Of a stretch of 48,138 bases of DNA, positions 7,803 to 15,700 are shown piece after piece. The notes beneath the pieces are model-generated. The model worked only from the letters and a program-made list of their open reading frames with translations. It did not search any database and was not told where the DNA came from. A program made the translations under genes and the position numbers. Each line of letters begins with the position of its first letter. Position 1 is the stretch's first letter. This DNA is from Myxococcales bacterium. GTDB taxonomy: Bacteria; Myxococcota_A; Polyangia; Polyangiales; Polyangiaceae. The stretch spans positions 1 to 48,138 of the forward strand of contig JANYHY010000745.1 of the NCBI GenBank assembly GCA_025362165.1, written 5' to 3'.

Positions 7803-8530
7803 GGCGTGGCGCCCTCGCCGACGTTCAGCGCTTCTTTTACTTCGATGGAACCTTTGGTCGCGACCACCGAGATCTGCTTGCCCACCGGCTTGCCGTTGAA
7901 ATACGCGCGCAGATAATAGTCACCGGGTGGGAGACTTCCGAACGCGAAGGCGCCATTGCGACCCGGGTACACCACGTCCACGACGCCAGGGTCCACGACG
8001 ACCGTGAAGCGAACGCTCGAGAAGAGTTGATCGCGAAACTCGAAGCGACCGCCGCCGCTTGGTGCTGTCCAGTCGCGGTTCTTGCCGCTCTGCAGCTCGT
8101 CGGGCTTGAACGTGTCAGCGCCCACTTGGAAGAGGCGGTGCGGAAACGGATCGTGGTTCAAGAACGAGAGGATGGTCCCAGGCGAGACGACGATCGTGCT
8201 CGGGATCGTATGACCCCCCGTGAGCACGATCGCGATGGGATCGTGCTTCTGGGCGACTCCAGGGGAGATCGCCGCGATGCAGATGTCGCGGGACGGACTC
8301 GCCGAAAGCGCGCGGAAATCCGCCTTGACCGTGGGTGAGGGCTCGCGCCAGGTATAGTGGTGCAAGTCCGGCTTCGCGGCTTCGGCGTAGACCTCGGGGA
8401 TGAGCTTCTCCGCGCTCACGATGTGACCCTTTACGCCGCCGGCTTGCGCGGTCGAGGTGAGCGGCGCGAGCCCGAGGAGGACAGCGAGCAAGATGAGAGA
8501 CTTCGGCGACTTCTGACCGTTCGAACGCAT
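7799..8530 (-). CDS. Secreted protein, beta-sandwich-like (cupredoxin/CarboxypepD_reg-like by eye)
   Basis: Signal peptide MRSNGQKSPKSLILLAVLLGLAPLTSTAQA. The C-terminal GSLPPGDYYLRAYFNGKPVG resembles Ig-like regulatory domains. There is an ATGA overlap with the downstream gene. The ATG at 8530 was chosen over the longer track start. Confidence 0.65.
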   Translation of the reverse strand: MRSNGQKSPKSLILLAVLLGLAPLTSTAQAGGVKGHIVSAEKLIPEVYAEAAKPDLHHYTWREPSPTVKADFRALSASPSRDICIAAISPGVAQKHDPIAIVLTGGHTIPSTIVVSPGTILSFLNHDPFPHRLFQVGADTFKPDELQSGKNRDWTAPSGGGRFEFRDQLFSSVRFTVVVDPGVVDVVYPGRNGAFAFGSLPPGDYYLRAYFNGKPVGKQISVVATKGSIEVKEALNVGEGATP

Positions 8531-8769
8531 TCGACTCCGATGGTGGGCGGACGAGTGCAAACCGCCCGGCTGACGGTAGCTTGGGCAGTCCAACCGTGTA
8601 AACCGCTTCGTAGAGTTTCAGTCCCTGGTCTCAACTCGCGCGAGCTAGCGCGCACGCACTCTTCTTCCCCTCCCGCTCCCGAGAGGCCGCCTGACGTGCC
8701 ATTCAATCAGACTGGCTCGACCCGCAGCTCCTCGACTGAGCGGGGAAGCGCGTGCAGCGTGAATCACAG

Positions 8770-8797
8770 CAGGATTGTCAGCATGCTTACAATCCTG
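8770..8797 (-). terminator. AT-rich hairpin 10 nt downstream of the 8808 stop; candidate intrinsic terminator
   Basis: CAGGATTGT-cagcatgctt-ACAATCCTG forms a 9-bp perfect stem. The inner GCATGC palindrome can extend the pairing. It stands out in GC-rich DNA. The downstream T-tract on the minus strand is weak (ctgtgattc). Confidence 0.4.
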
Positions 8798-8807
8798 GCG
8801 ACCAAGG

Positions 8808-9512
8808 CTAGGCCTTCGCGGCAGGCGCGGGCTCTGGAGCGTGTCGACTCCTCGGCTTGATTGCGTGGCGCGGCAACGTCGAGGCGTACCGCGCGAGCGC
8901 CTTTTCGTCGTGGCGCAAGACGCGCCGCGCGACGTAGCGCACGTGGGAAGCGCCGGCCGTCACGAGGTGCGCGAGCGAGTCGAGCTCGGTCGCGTGATCG
9001 TGGCGCTTGGACTTCGCCTTGACGTGCGCGACATCCGCTCCGACGAGCGCGTGCAGCAAGTCCTCGAGGTGATGGACGCCGTGCTTGTCGAGGTGGACCT
9101 CCGCCGCCTCCTTATGGTGGGCGTCCGCGGAGGCGAGCAGGGCGTGCGCGAAGTGCTCGACGCTCGCGGTCGACGACTCGTCCAGGGCGATGCCGTAGCC
9201 GAACGCGCGCCGCAGCGGCTCTGACTTTTCGAAGACGAGATCCGCCTCCGCGTGGATCGCGCGACACGCCTCGGCGAGAGAAGCGCGCACGTCCGCTGCG
9301 TGCGAACCCGCGCCGATCTGCGCGGCGAGCACGTCCGTGCGACCCCCGACCCCACGCGCGAGCGCCTCTGCGTTCGCGAGCAGCACATCGAGCTCACGCT
9401 TGGAGACGAACTTGGCGAACGCCTTGTTGGTCAGATCCTCGCGTGCAGTTTCGACGAGTCGAATGGCGTCTTGAGCGATCGATGTGGTGTCGTGGGTCGG
9501 CTTGGTCGTCAT
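8808..9512 (-). CDS. Hypothetical helical, His-rich protein
   Basis: High GC3 throughout. A strong SD (GGAGGGAacacgcATG) precedes the ATG at 9512. No motif was recognised. The protein is His-rich: HHKEAAEVHLDKHGVHHLEDLLH. Confidence 0.65.
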   Translation of the reverse strand: MTTKPTHDTTSIAQDAIRLVETAREDLTNKAFAKFVSKRELDVLLANAEALARGVGGRTDVLAAQIGAGSHAADVRASLAEACRAIHAEADLVFEKSEPLRRAFGYGIALDESSTASVEHFAHALLASADAHHKEAAEVHLDKHGVHHLEDLLHALVGADVAHVKAKSKRHDHATELDSLAHLVTAGASHVRYVARRVLRHDEKALARYASTLPRHAIKPRSRHAPEPAPAAKA

Positions 9513-9583
9513 GCGTGTTCCCTCCGCGGCGAAAGATACCGAAGGAGCAGCGTCTCGAAAACAAGGACCCGCATCATGCGCGC

Positions 9584-9682
9584 AAGGCGCCTCTCCGGTG
9601 ACGTAAGGAGCGTCCTCTGTGACGTAAGGCGCCTCTCCGGTGACGTAAGGCGCCTCTCCAGTGGCGTAAGGCCTCTCCAGAG
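9584..9682. repeat. 21-bp direct tandem repeat, about 4.7 copies, with core GTGACGTAAGG
   Basis: Units start at 9584, 9605, 9626, 9647 and 9668 (AAGGCGCCTCTCCGGTGACGT and variants). They lie between the SDR gene stop (9695) and the 9512 start. Confidence 0.95.
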
Positions 9683-9694
9683 ATGCGAGGAGCT

Positions 9695-10537
9695 TTATTC
9701 TCGGTGTGTGGCGAGCTGACCGAGGAATTCGCGCCAACGATCTGCAGGTGCCCAACCGAGCTCTCGCCGAATCCGGTCTGCGCGAAAGTGCTGCCGTATG
9801 GCCTCGGGCGGGATTGGCGGTGGCGCCCGACCCACCGCGCCGTAGACCGCATTCAGGTACTCGTTCGTATCCGCCGAGCCGTCGATGACGTTGTATGCGC
9901 GACCATGAGCCGCAGGCGATCGCATCGCAAGCGCAATTGCGTCGACGACGTTGTCGACGTGGACATACGGTAACTCGGGAAACGGCATGATCGATTCCTC
10001 GGAATCACGCGCTCGCTGAATGGCGAGGGGGCCCCAACGAGAGCGTGGATGCATCGACAGAATGGCGCCCGGCCGGAGGACTACGACTGCGAAGTTGGGT
10101 GCGTTCGCGGCGAGCGCCACCCGCTCGGCCTCCGCCTTGGTGAAGCCGTAGGCGTCATGCGGAGTGGTCCACGTAGGACTCGCTTCGTCGAACTCTGTCT
10201 CCTCGTGCGCATCGTCGTAGACCGTGATCGTCGAGATGTGCACGAGTAACCGGCAACCACGTGCAACCAGAGCGTCGACGAGGTTTTGCGTACCCTCGAT
10301 GTTCACGCGTCGGCAAAGGTCCAGGTCGCTCCCGATCGCGGCGGCGCAGTGGACGGCCACATCGACATCTGCCGTCCGCCAGATCGCCTGGCGATCCGTT
10401 AGGTCAGCCGCGACGGTCTCGCCGCCGGTCGCCGCACCATGACGAACTACGGCTCGAACGCGCAGCCCTTCCTCAACGAATCGCGCAGCAACCGCACTGC
10501 CAAGACTCCCAGTGGCTCCGGTGACCAACACCCGCAT
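9695..10537 (-). CDS. NAD(P)-dependent epimerase/dehydratase family (extended SDR)
   Basis: MRVLVTGATGSLGSAV is the Rossmann GxxGxxG motif. The downstream YGFTKAEAE matches the catalytic YxxxK. Confidence 0.85.
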   Translation of the reverse strand: MRVLVTGATGSLGSAVAARFVEEGLRVRAVVRHGAATGGETVAADLTDRQAIWRTADVDVAVHCAAAIGSDLDLCRRVNIEGTQNLVDALVARGCRLLVHISTITVYDDAHEETEFDEASPTWTTPHDAYGFTKAEAERVALAANAPNFAVVVLRPGAILSMHPRSRWGPLAIQRARDSEESIMPFPELPYVHVDNVVDAIALAMRSPAAHGRAYNVIDGSADTNEYLNAVYGAVGRAPPPIPPEAIRQHFRADRIRRELGWAPADRWREFLGQLATHRE

Positions 10538-10589
10538 CTACGATGGAAGGCTAGCAAACCACCGCGATGCGGGTCGAGTCACGTCGACT

Positions 10590-10931
10590 TTAGCGCGCGA
10601 CGAGCTTCTGTCGGAGGTCAACGATGTCGCGCTCGCAGCGCTCGAGGCGTGGGCGCAAATCGTGTTGTGCGCGGAGCACGTTGGTCATCTCGCGGACGGT
10701 GCCGTGGAGCTCGGTGATCGCGGTCGCCGTGCGCACCTCGGACGCGACGATTCGGGACGACAGCTCGTCGCGCAAGCCATCGATGCGCTCGGAGACCCCA
10801 TCCATGCGCTCGGAGACCCCATCGATCCGCTCCGAGACCCCATCGATGCGCTCGGAGAGCTCCGTGCGAGTCAGGCGCAGCTCGTCGCGGATGCTCTTGA
10901 GAATCTCAATCGTCAGATCGGTCGGTTCCAT
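10590..10931 (-). CDS. Small coiled-coil protein with four heptad repeats (SERIDGV)
   Basis: SD GGAGGgcagccgATG precedes 10931. The sequence reads MEPTDLTIEILKSIRDELRLTRTELSERIDGVSERIDGVSERMDGVSERIDGLRDEL... Confidence 0.65.
   Translation of the reverse strand: MEPTDLTIEILKSIRDELRLTRTELSERIDGVSERIDGVSERMDGVSERIDGLRDELSSRIVASEVRTATAITELHGTVREMTNVLRAQHDLRPRLERCERDIVDLRQKLVAR
10777..10860. repeat. In-frame 21-bp tandem repeat x4 inside the coiled-coil gene
   Basis: The four units are 10777-10797, 10798-10818, 10819-10839 and 10840-10860 (CCATCGATGCGCTCGGAGACC and variants with 1-3 changes). Confidence 0.95.
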
Positions 10932-11099
10932 CGGCTGCCCTCCGAGTATCCCACGGAGCAACCCGCGCGCCACGTGAGAACGACGGCGCATTCCCGCGAA
11001 ATGCAGCAGACCGCTGGTGTCCCGGACAGACGAAGGACACTCGCGGCCACTCGCGGGCTCCGAACTGAGGAGTGCAGAGGGTTGGTCGGTGGGCGGGGG

Positions 11100-11387
11100 T
11101 TATTGGCAGCGCTTGAACGCGACGCCCTCGACGTTCGGGAACTGTCCGCCCACGGCGGTGCATGTGGACCCGGTCGGACACAAGGCGTCGCCCGAGCAGT
11201 CGCGCGAGCACTTGCCGGTCGAGCAATATCCGAACGCTGAATCCGAACAATTGATGAGGCAACCACCGCCCGCGCCGCAGTACTGTCCTGTCGGGCAATC
11301 GCTGTTCTTCTCGCACGGGCCGGCTTTGGCGCAGCTGATCGCGGCCGGCACCACGACGACGAGAGAGGCAAACAAAAGCGCGAGCAC
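11100..11387 (-). CDS. Small secreted Cys-rich protein (12 Cys in about 76 mature residues)
   Basis: Signal MLALLFASLVVVVPAAISCA. Repeated C-x-TG-x-x-C motifs occur (DCPTGQYC, LCPTGSTC). GC3 is high. It lies 28 nt downstream of the 11416 stop. Confidence 0.6.
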   Translation of the reverse strand: MLALLFASLVVVVPAAISCAKAGPCEKNSDCPTGQYCGAGGGCLINCSDSAFGYCSTGKCSRDCSGDALCPTGSTCTAVGGQFPNVEGVAFKRCQ

Positions 11388-11415
11388 CGACGCCGGGGCA
11401 TCGCCGCATCATAGC

Positions 11416-13155
11416 TCAATGCTTGTTGCCGACGGCGCTCGCGTGCCGGAAGACCACCGTGCGTCGTGACTTCTCGGGCGCGGTCGGCGTGACGGGTGCG
11501 TCGAGCACGAGGCGCGTTCCGCCCTGAATCGGGATCGACGGAGGATCGTCGTCGAGCGACCACGCGACGCCATGAGAATACGGCACGACCCATGGCGCGC
11601 TTGGCCAGAGACCCACTGCGACGATCGCGTCCTCACCGCTTCGACCGAGGATTTCGACGCCTTTTGGCCGCTCGGTCACGCCTTCGATGATCGTGGGATC
11701 GAAGCCCCTCGAGGTCAGGTGTTGCGCGAGACGCAAGACGACGAGCTTGGCGACCGTCGCGTCGCGGCTTGTCGCCGCGTCGAGCGCGCCCATCCAAAAC
11801 GGGAGCGGGCCATACGCAACGCCCGCGGCAGAGAGCGCGCCGTGGGGTTTCCACGTGAGCGGCGCGGACTGCACGCACAGGCTCTCGAGCGCGTCCGTAC
11901 CAGGAGGAGCGCACGCGAACGAGACGTCAGCGACGGCGTCGGCGTCGTAGGTCGGTGCGTTGCCGATCTCGTCGGGGGAGCCGTGACCACCCGCGCGGCC
12001 GACGAACGAGAGCACGCGAGCGTTCGGCGAGACCTCCTTGCGCAGAGCGCCTTGCACGCTCACGGGGTCTGGGACGAGGAGCGTCGCGAGAGTGGTCGCC
12101 GCGACGCGACCGAGATCCGCGTCGACGACCCAAGTCACCAGATCGTGGATGCCCGCCGCTCGCGACGCCTCTCGCAGGCCCAACAGACCGCCGATGCGAC
12201 GCGCGGGCGCAGCCGTGACCTCGATCTTGCTCGTGCCGCTCAGCACGCGAAGCTGCGCGGCGACGTCACACCACGCGAGCGTCGCTCCTGTCACGATGGG
12301 CGCGCTCTCGCTCGACTCGAGCGTGATGGGAGAGGCGCTGGTCGCGAGAAAACACGTATTTTCAGCCGCGCCGTGCACGACGATGAACGGCGGACCTCCG
12401 CCCGTGACGCCGACGAATCCGACTTCGGCGAGCGCGGGGGCGACAACAGGTGACGTGGTGGGCGGCGCGTTCGGTCCCGACACCCACGCAGTGAACGCAT
12501 CGATCGCGCAAGCCTCGCCGCTCGAGACGAGCGTTGCGGGGAGTGGATCCAAGAAGGGCGCCGCGCGCATCCCACCGACCGACGACGCATCGATGCTGAG
12601 GATACGTATGGGGACGTCGGCCGTGGCATGCACGTGCTCGGACGCGCACGTGCAGAACATCCCTGAGCCCTTGATGGTGTCGGTCGTGTTCGCGTGCTCG
12701 ACGCGCACCGCCGCGCCCACGACATCGGGAGCCGCCACGACGACCACGCACGCACGGTCGGAGACGTCCGCTTCCGCTTCGGTCTGCTTGGCGCTGAGAG
12801 CGCGCGGTGTTGCTAGAAAGCCGCGAGCGATGAAGCGCGCCGTCGCGGGCTCGACACGCGCTGCCTGCGCCGCTTCGTGCTCCAGGCCACGCGCCACGGC
12901 GTATCCGCCGCCACCCAACGCGATGATGACGACGATGATGGAGAGCGCTCTGTTTCGCGTGCGCCGCTTGGCGAGACGGGCTTGTGCTTCGAGCTCCGTG
13001 CGGCGTCGCTCCGCAGCCTCGCGACCTTCACGCTCGGCGCGCACCACCTCGGGGTGACGTCCTCCGAGCACGGACAGCGCGCGCTCTACTTCGGCGAGTC
13101 CCTGTTGAGGACCGTTGCGCTCTACGCCATCGTCGAAGTCGTCATCGTCGAGCAT
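11416..13155 (-). CDS. Hypothetical single-pass membrane protein with an acidic/charged cytoplasmic N-terminus and a large extracytoplasmic domain
   Basis: MLDDDDFDDG..., a coiled charged stretch, then the TM ALSIIVVIIALGGGGYAV. The ORF is long and has coding-like GC3. No motif was recognised. Confidence 0.7.
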   Translation of the reverse strand: MLDDDDFDDGVERNGPQQGLAEVERALSVLGGRHPEVVRAEREGREAAERRRTELEAQARLAKRRTRNRALSIIVVIIALGGGGYAVARGLEHEAAQAARVEPATARFIARGFLATPRALSAKQTEAEADVSDRACVVVVAAPDVVGAAVRVEHANTTDTIKGSGMFCTCASEHVHATADVPIRILSIDASSVGGMRAAPFLDPLPATLVSSGEACAIDAFTAWVSGPNAPPTTSPVVAPALAEVGFVGVTGGGPPFIVVHGAAENTCFLATSASPITLESSESAPIVTGATLAWCDVAAQLRVLSGTSKIEVTAAPARRIGGLLGLREASRAAGIHDLVTWVVDADLGRVAATTLATLLVPDPVSVQGALRKEVSPNARVLSFVGRAGGHGSPDEIGNAPTYDADAVADVSFACAPPGTDALESLCVQSAPLTWKPHGALSAAGVAYGPLPFWMGALDAATSRDATVAKLVVLRLAQHLTSRGFDPTIIEGVTERPKGVEILGRSGEDAIVAVGLWPSAPWVVPYSHGVAWSLDDDPPSIPIQGGTRLVLDAPVTPTAPEKSRRTVVFRHASAVGNKH

Positions 13156-13170
13156 CCCCCCACGCGCTCG

Positions 13171-13614
13171 CTACTGCCCGTCGACGATCGCGAGCCGCAG
13201 CTCCAGCGGCGCTCCATCGCGCTCGTAGTCGATGTGGAGCTCACTCGCGATCTCGAGCGAACGGAACACCTCAATCGCCTGCTCGGGCCGCTCGATCGGC
13301 ATGCCGTTGACCTTGGTCACGACGTCACCTGGCATCAAGCCGGTGTGCGCGTACTGGGGCGCGAGGCCAGCGATGCGGAAGCCGTGGAACTTGCCCTTCT
13401 GAAAGACGGGGTGCTCGTCGATCGCCACGGTCTGCAAGAACATCCCGAACCCTGCGTGCACCGTCGCGCTCACCTGACTTCGCGCGATCGAAGAGGACGG
13501 CTGCGCCTCTGGAGTCGTCGCAGTGGACGACGCGGCTTGCGCGGGAGGCGCCTTCGCGATGGGTGCGTCACCACCGCAGGCGGCGAGGAACAAGAGAGCG
13601 GCGAGGAGGCGCAT
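13171..13614 (-). CDS. PDZ-domain lipoprotein (GspC-like PDZ)
   Basis: Lipobox LFLAACGG. The PDZ-like segment is GFRIAGLAPQYAHTGLMPGDVVTKVNGMPIERPEQAIEVF. Confidence 0.7.
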   Translation of the reverse strand: MRLLAALLFLAACGGDAPIAKAPPAQAASSTATTPEAQPSSSIARSQVSATVHAGFGMFLQTVAIDEHPVFQKGKFHGFRIAGLAPQYAHTGLMPGDVVTKVNGMPIERPEQAIEVFRSLEIASELHIDYERDGAPLELRLAIVDGQ

Positions 13615-13667
13615 GACACTACCGTGCCCAATGCACCGTCGGCCGGCAAGTTTATTGGGGCAAGTTT

Positions 13668-14297
13668 TTAGGCTGAGACGGCTTGGTACACGCGATCGGA
13701 GATGGTGTCGGGATCAGCGTCACCGTCCACGATGACGATCCGGTCGTTCGGCATGTGCTTGGGCAGATTCTTGTAGAATACACTCAAAGCCCGCTGCACC
13801 TCGTTCTGCTCGTAGAGCTGCGCGGCCTCCCCCCGTGCTTCGCGGCGAGAAGCGGCGACGTCTGGATTCAGATCGAGCACGACCGTGAGATCCGGGCGGC
13901 GCGCGTGTTGGTTCAGCGCGCGGATCCACTCGACCGCCTCGGGCACCTTCGCGCCGCTCATCACGCTCTGGTATGCGAGGCTCGACGCGTCGTAGCGATC
14001 CGAGACCACAGTGCCACCCTGCGCGAGGAACGGCTCGATCTCCGACTCCACATGATCCATGCGGTCTGCGGCGAACAAGAGCGCCATCGTCGCCCAACCC
14101 GGCGCGAGGCCGCGCGCACCGACGATGCGACCCATGAGCACCTGGCGGATGATGGTCCCGACCGGTCCGTCCGAGGGCTCTCGCGTGGGCCGCGCGGCGT
14201 GGCCCGCCTTCTTCAAGCGGGCGACCAGGCGCGACGTCTGCGTCGTGGTGCCCGCGCCGTCGATGCCCTCGAGGACGATGAAGCGCCCTTTGCTCAT
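13668..14297 (-). CDS. tmk: dTMP (thymidylate) kinase
   Basis: The P-loop is FIVLEGIDGAGTTTQ. The TREP...DRY layout and the length (209 aa) also fit. Confidence 0.9.
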   Translation of the reverse strand: MSKGRFIVLEGIDGAGTTTQTSRLVARLKKAGHAARPTREPSDGPVGTIIRQVLMGRIVGARGLAPGWATMALLFAADRMDHVESEIEPFLAQGGTVVSDRYDASSLAYQSVMSGAKVPEAVEWIRALNQHARRPDLTVVLDLNPDVAASRREARGEAAQLYEQNEVQRALSVFYKNLPKHMPNDRIVIVDGDADPDTISDRVYQAVSA

Positions 14298-14298
14298 C

Positions 14299-14751
14299 TC
14301 AAAGTCCTCCGAGCAGCGTCAGGCACTGGCTGCCGCACTTTCCGTTGATGCACTGGATGACCGCGAAAGCCTGCTGGATCGCCTGAAAATCGTTGTTCGC
14401 GCACTTCGCGACGCACTGAGGATCGAACATGCCGTTCATCGCGCACTTCTGCGCGGCACACTGCAGGAGGTTGCGACACGCGGTGTTCTGCAAGCAAGTC
14501 TGGACCTGCATGCTGCAGCTCTGCCCGATGCATTGCGCGCAAGCGACGGGCGACGGAGACGTGTCTGGCAGGCCCGAGTCGATCGGCGTTGGAGAAGAGT
14601 CCGCGTGCGCGTCCCCAGTGAACGAGACGTCGGCGCCGAGGCTCGCGTCTTGCGAAGCGAAGTCGGCGGGTGAGTCGTCGAGCGGGCCGCGGCTCCCGCA
14701 CGCAGCCAAGACGAGCGATCCCATCACCATGCAGAATGCTTGCTTCATCAT
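14299..14751 (-). CDS. Cys-rich lipoprotein
   Basis: MMKQAFCMVMGSLVLAACGS is the lipobox. The C-terminal half is dense in Cys (CAQCIGQSCSMQVQTCLQNTACRNLLQCAAQKC...). The stop is 1 nt before the tmk ATG. Confidence 0.65.
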   Translation of the reverse strand: MMKQAFCMVMGSLVLAACGSRGPLDDSPADFASQDASLGADVSFTGDAHADSSPTPIDSGLPDTSPSPVACAQCIGQSCSMQVQTCLQNTACRNLLQCAAQKCAMNGMFDPQCVAKCANNDFQAIQQAFAVIQCINGKCGSQCLTLLGGL

Positions 14752-14810
14752 GTGATCTCTCCCAGTGGCGTGCGCGCGGAAGATATCCCGAGATGAGTTA
14801 CCTTCGGCAC

Positions 14811-15686
14811 ATGAACTTGGCACCTCGTCGCTTTCCGCTCCCGGAGGACTTTCGCCGTGCTTGCGGAGATGCGCGCAGCCAAGGAACGCGCGTCGCCTTC
14901 GTACCGACGATGGGCGCCCTGCACGAGGGGCACCTCGCGCTCGTCCGTGACGCTCGGGCGCGCGCGGGGTTCGTCGCCGTCAGCATCTTCGTCAACCCGA
15001 CGCAGTTCGGTCCCGACGAAGACTTCTCGAGGTATCCGCGCGATCTCGACGCCGACGTGACCAAGCTCAGCACAGCGGGCGCCGACGTCGTGTTCTGCCC
15101 AGAGCCGCAGTCGATGTACGCGCCGGACGAGCGCACGCGCGTTCACGTCACCGGGCTGGACGAGCCTCTCTGTGGCGCGTTTCGTCCGGGGCATTTCGAA
15201 GGCGTAGCGACGATCGTGACCAAGCTCTTCGGGCTCGCCGGACCTTGCGTCGCGATCTTCGGCAAGAAGGACTATCAGCAACTCGCGATCCTGAGGCGGA
15301 TGGTGACGGACCTCATGCTACCCGTGGAGATCGTCGCGCACGCGATCGTGCGAGAGGCCGACGGGCTCGCGATGAGCTCGCGCAACGCGTACTTGTCTGC
15401 GACCGATCGCGCACGCGCGCTCGCGCTATCGCGAGGCTTGTCCCGTGCTCATCGCGCGTTCTCGTCAGGCGAGCGTGAGGCGGTCGTGATCGAGTCGCTC
15501 GTGCGCGACGAGGTCGCAGCCAGCGCCGACCGCATCGACTACGTGTCCGTCGTCGACGCCGACTCGCTCGCGTCGGTCGGTCGGATCAGCGATCGCGCTC
15601 TCGTCGCGGTCGCGTGTCACTTCGGAAAGACTCGGCTCATCGACAACGTCGTGCTCGGCGAGGACCCCGCTCCCACCCCTGGCTGA
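14811..15686 (+). CDS. panC: Pantoate--beta-alanine ligase
   Basis: Motifs VPTMGALHEGH, FVNPTQF and GKKDYQQ are present. An alternative ATG lies at 14793. Confidence 0.9.
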   Translation: MNLAPRRFPLPEDFRRACGDARSQGTRVAFVPTMGALHEGHLALVRDARARAGFVAVSIFVNPTQFGPDEDFSRYPRDLDADVTKLSTAGADVVFCPEPQSMYAPDERTRVHVTGLDEPLCGAFRPGHFEGVATIVTKLFGLAGPCVAIFGKKDYQQLAILRRMVTDLMLPVEIVAHAIVREADGLAMSSRNAYLSATDRARALALSRGLSRAHRAFSSGEREAVVIESLVRDEVAASADRIDYVSVVDADSLASVGRISDRALVAVACHFGKTRLIDNVVLGEDPAPTPG

Positions 15687-15700
15687 TACGCTTGCCATCT

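Noticed and set aside
6801-7916. 371-aa plus-strand ORF (and 6015..6761+)
   Set aside because: It is antisense to the TM/HAMP/Pro-rich membrane protein gene, and its composition is shadow-like.
9513-9755. N-terminal extension of the 8808 gene giving PYVTGEA heptad repeats (track start 9755)
   Set aside because: The extension overlaps the 3' end of the SDR gene. Its third codon positions are A/T-rich, unlike real genes here. A strong SD precedes the ATG at 9512. I therefore treat the 21-bp repeat as non-coding.
14818-14835. TGGCAC motif suggesting a sigma54 promoter (also GGCACG near 1176)
   Set aside because: The -12 TTGC element is missing at the right spacing, and the 14818 site is inside panC coding sequence.
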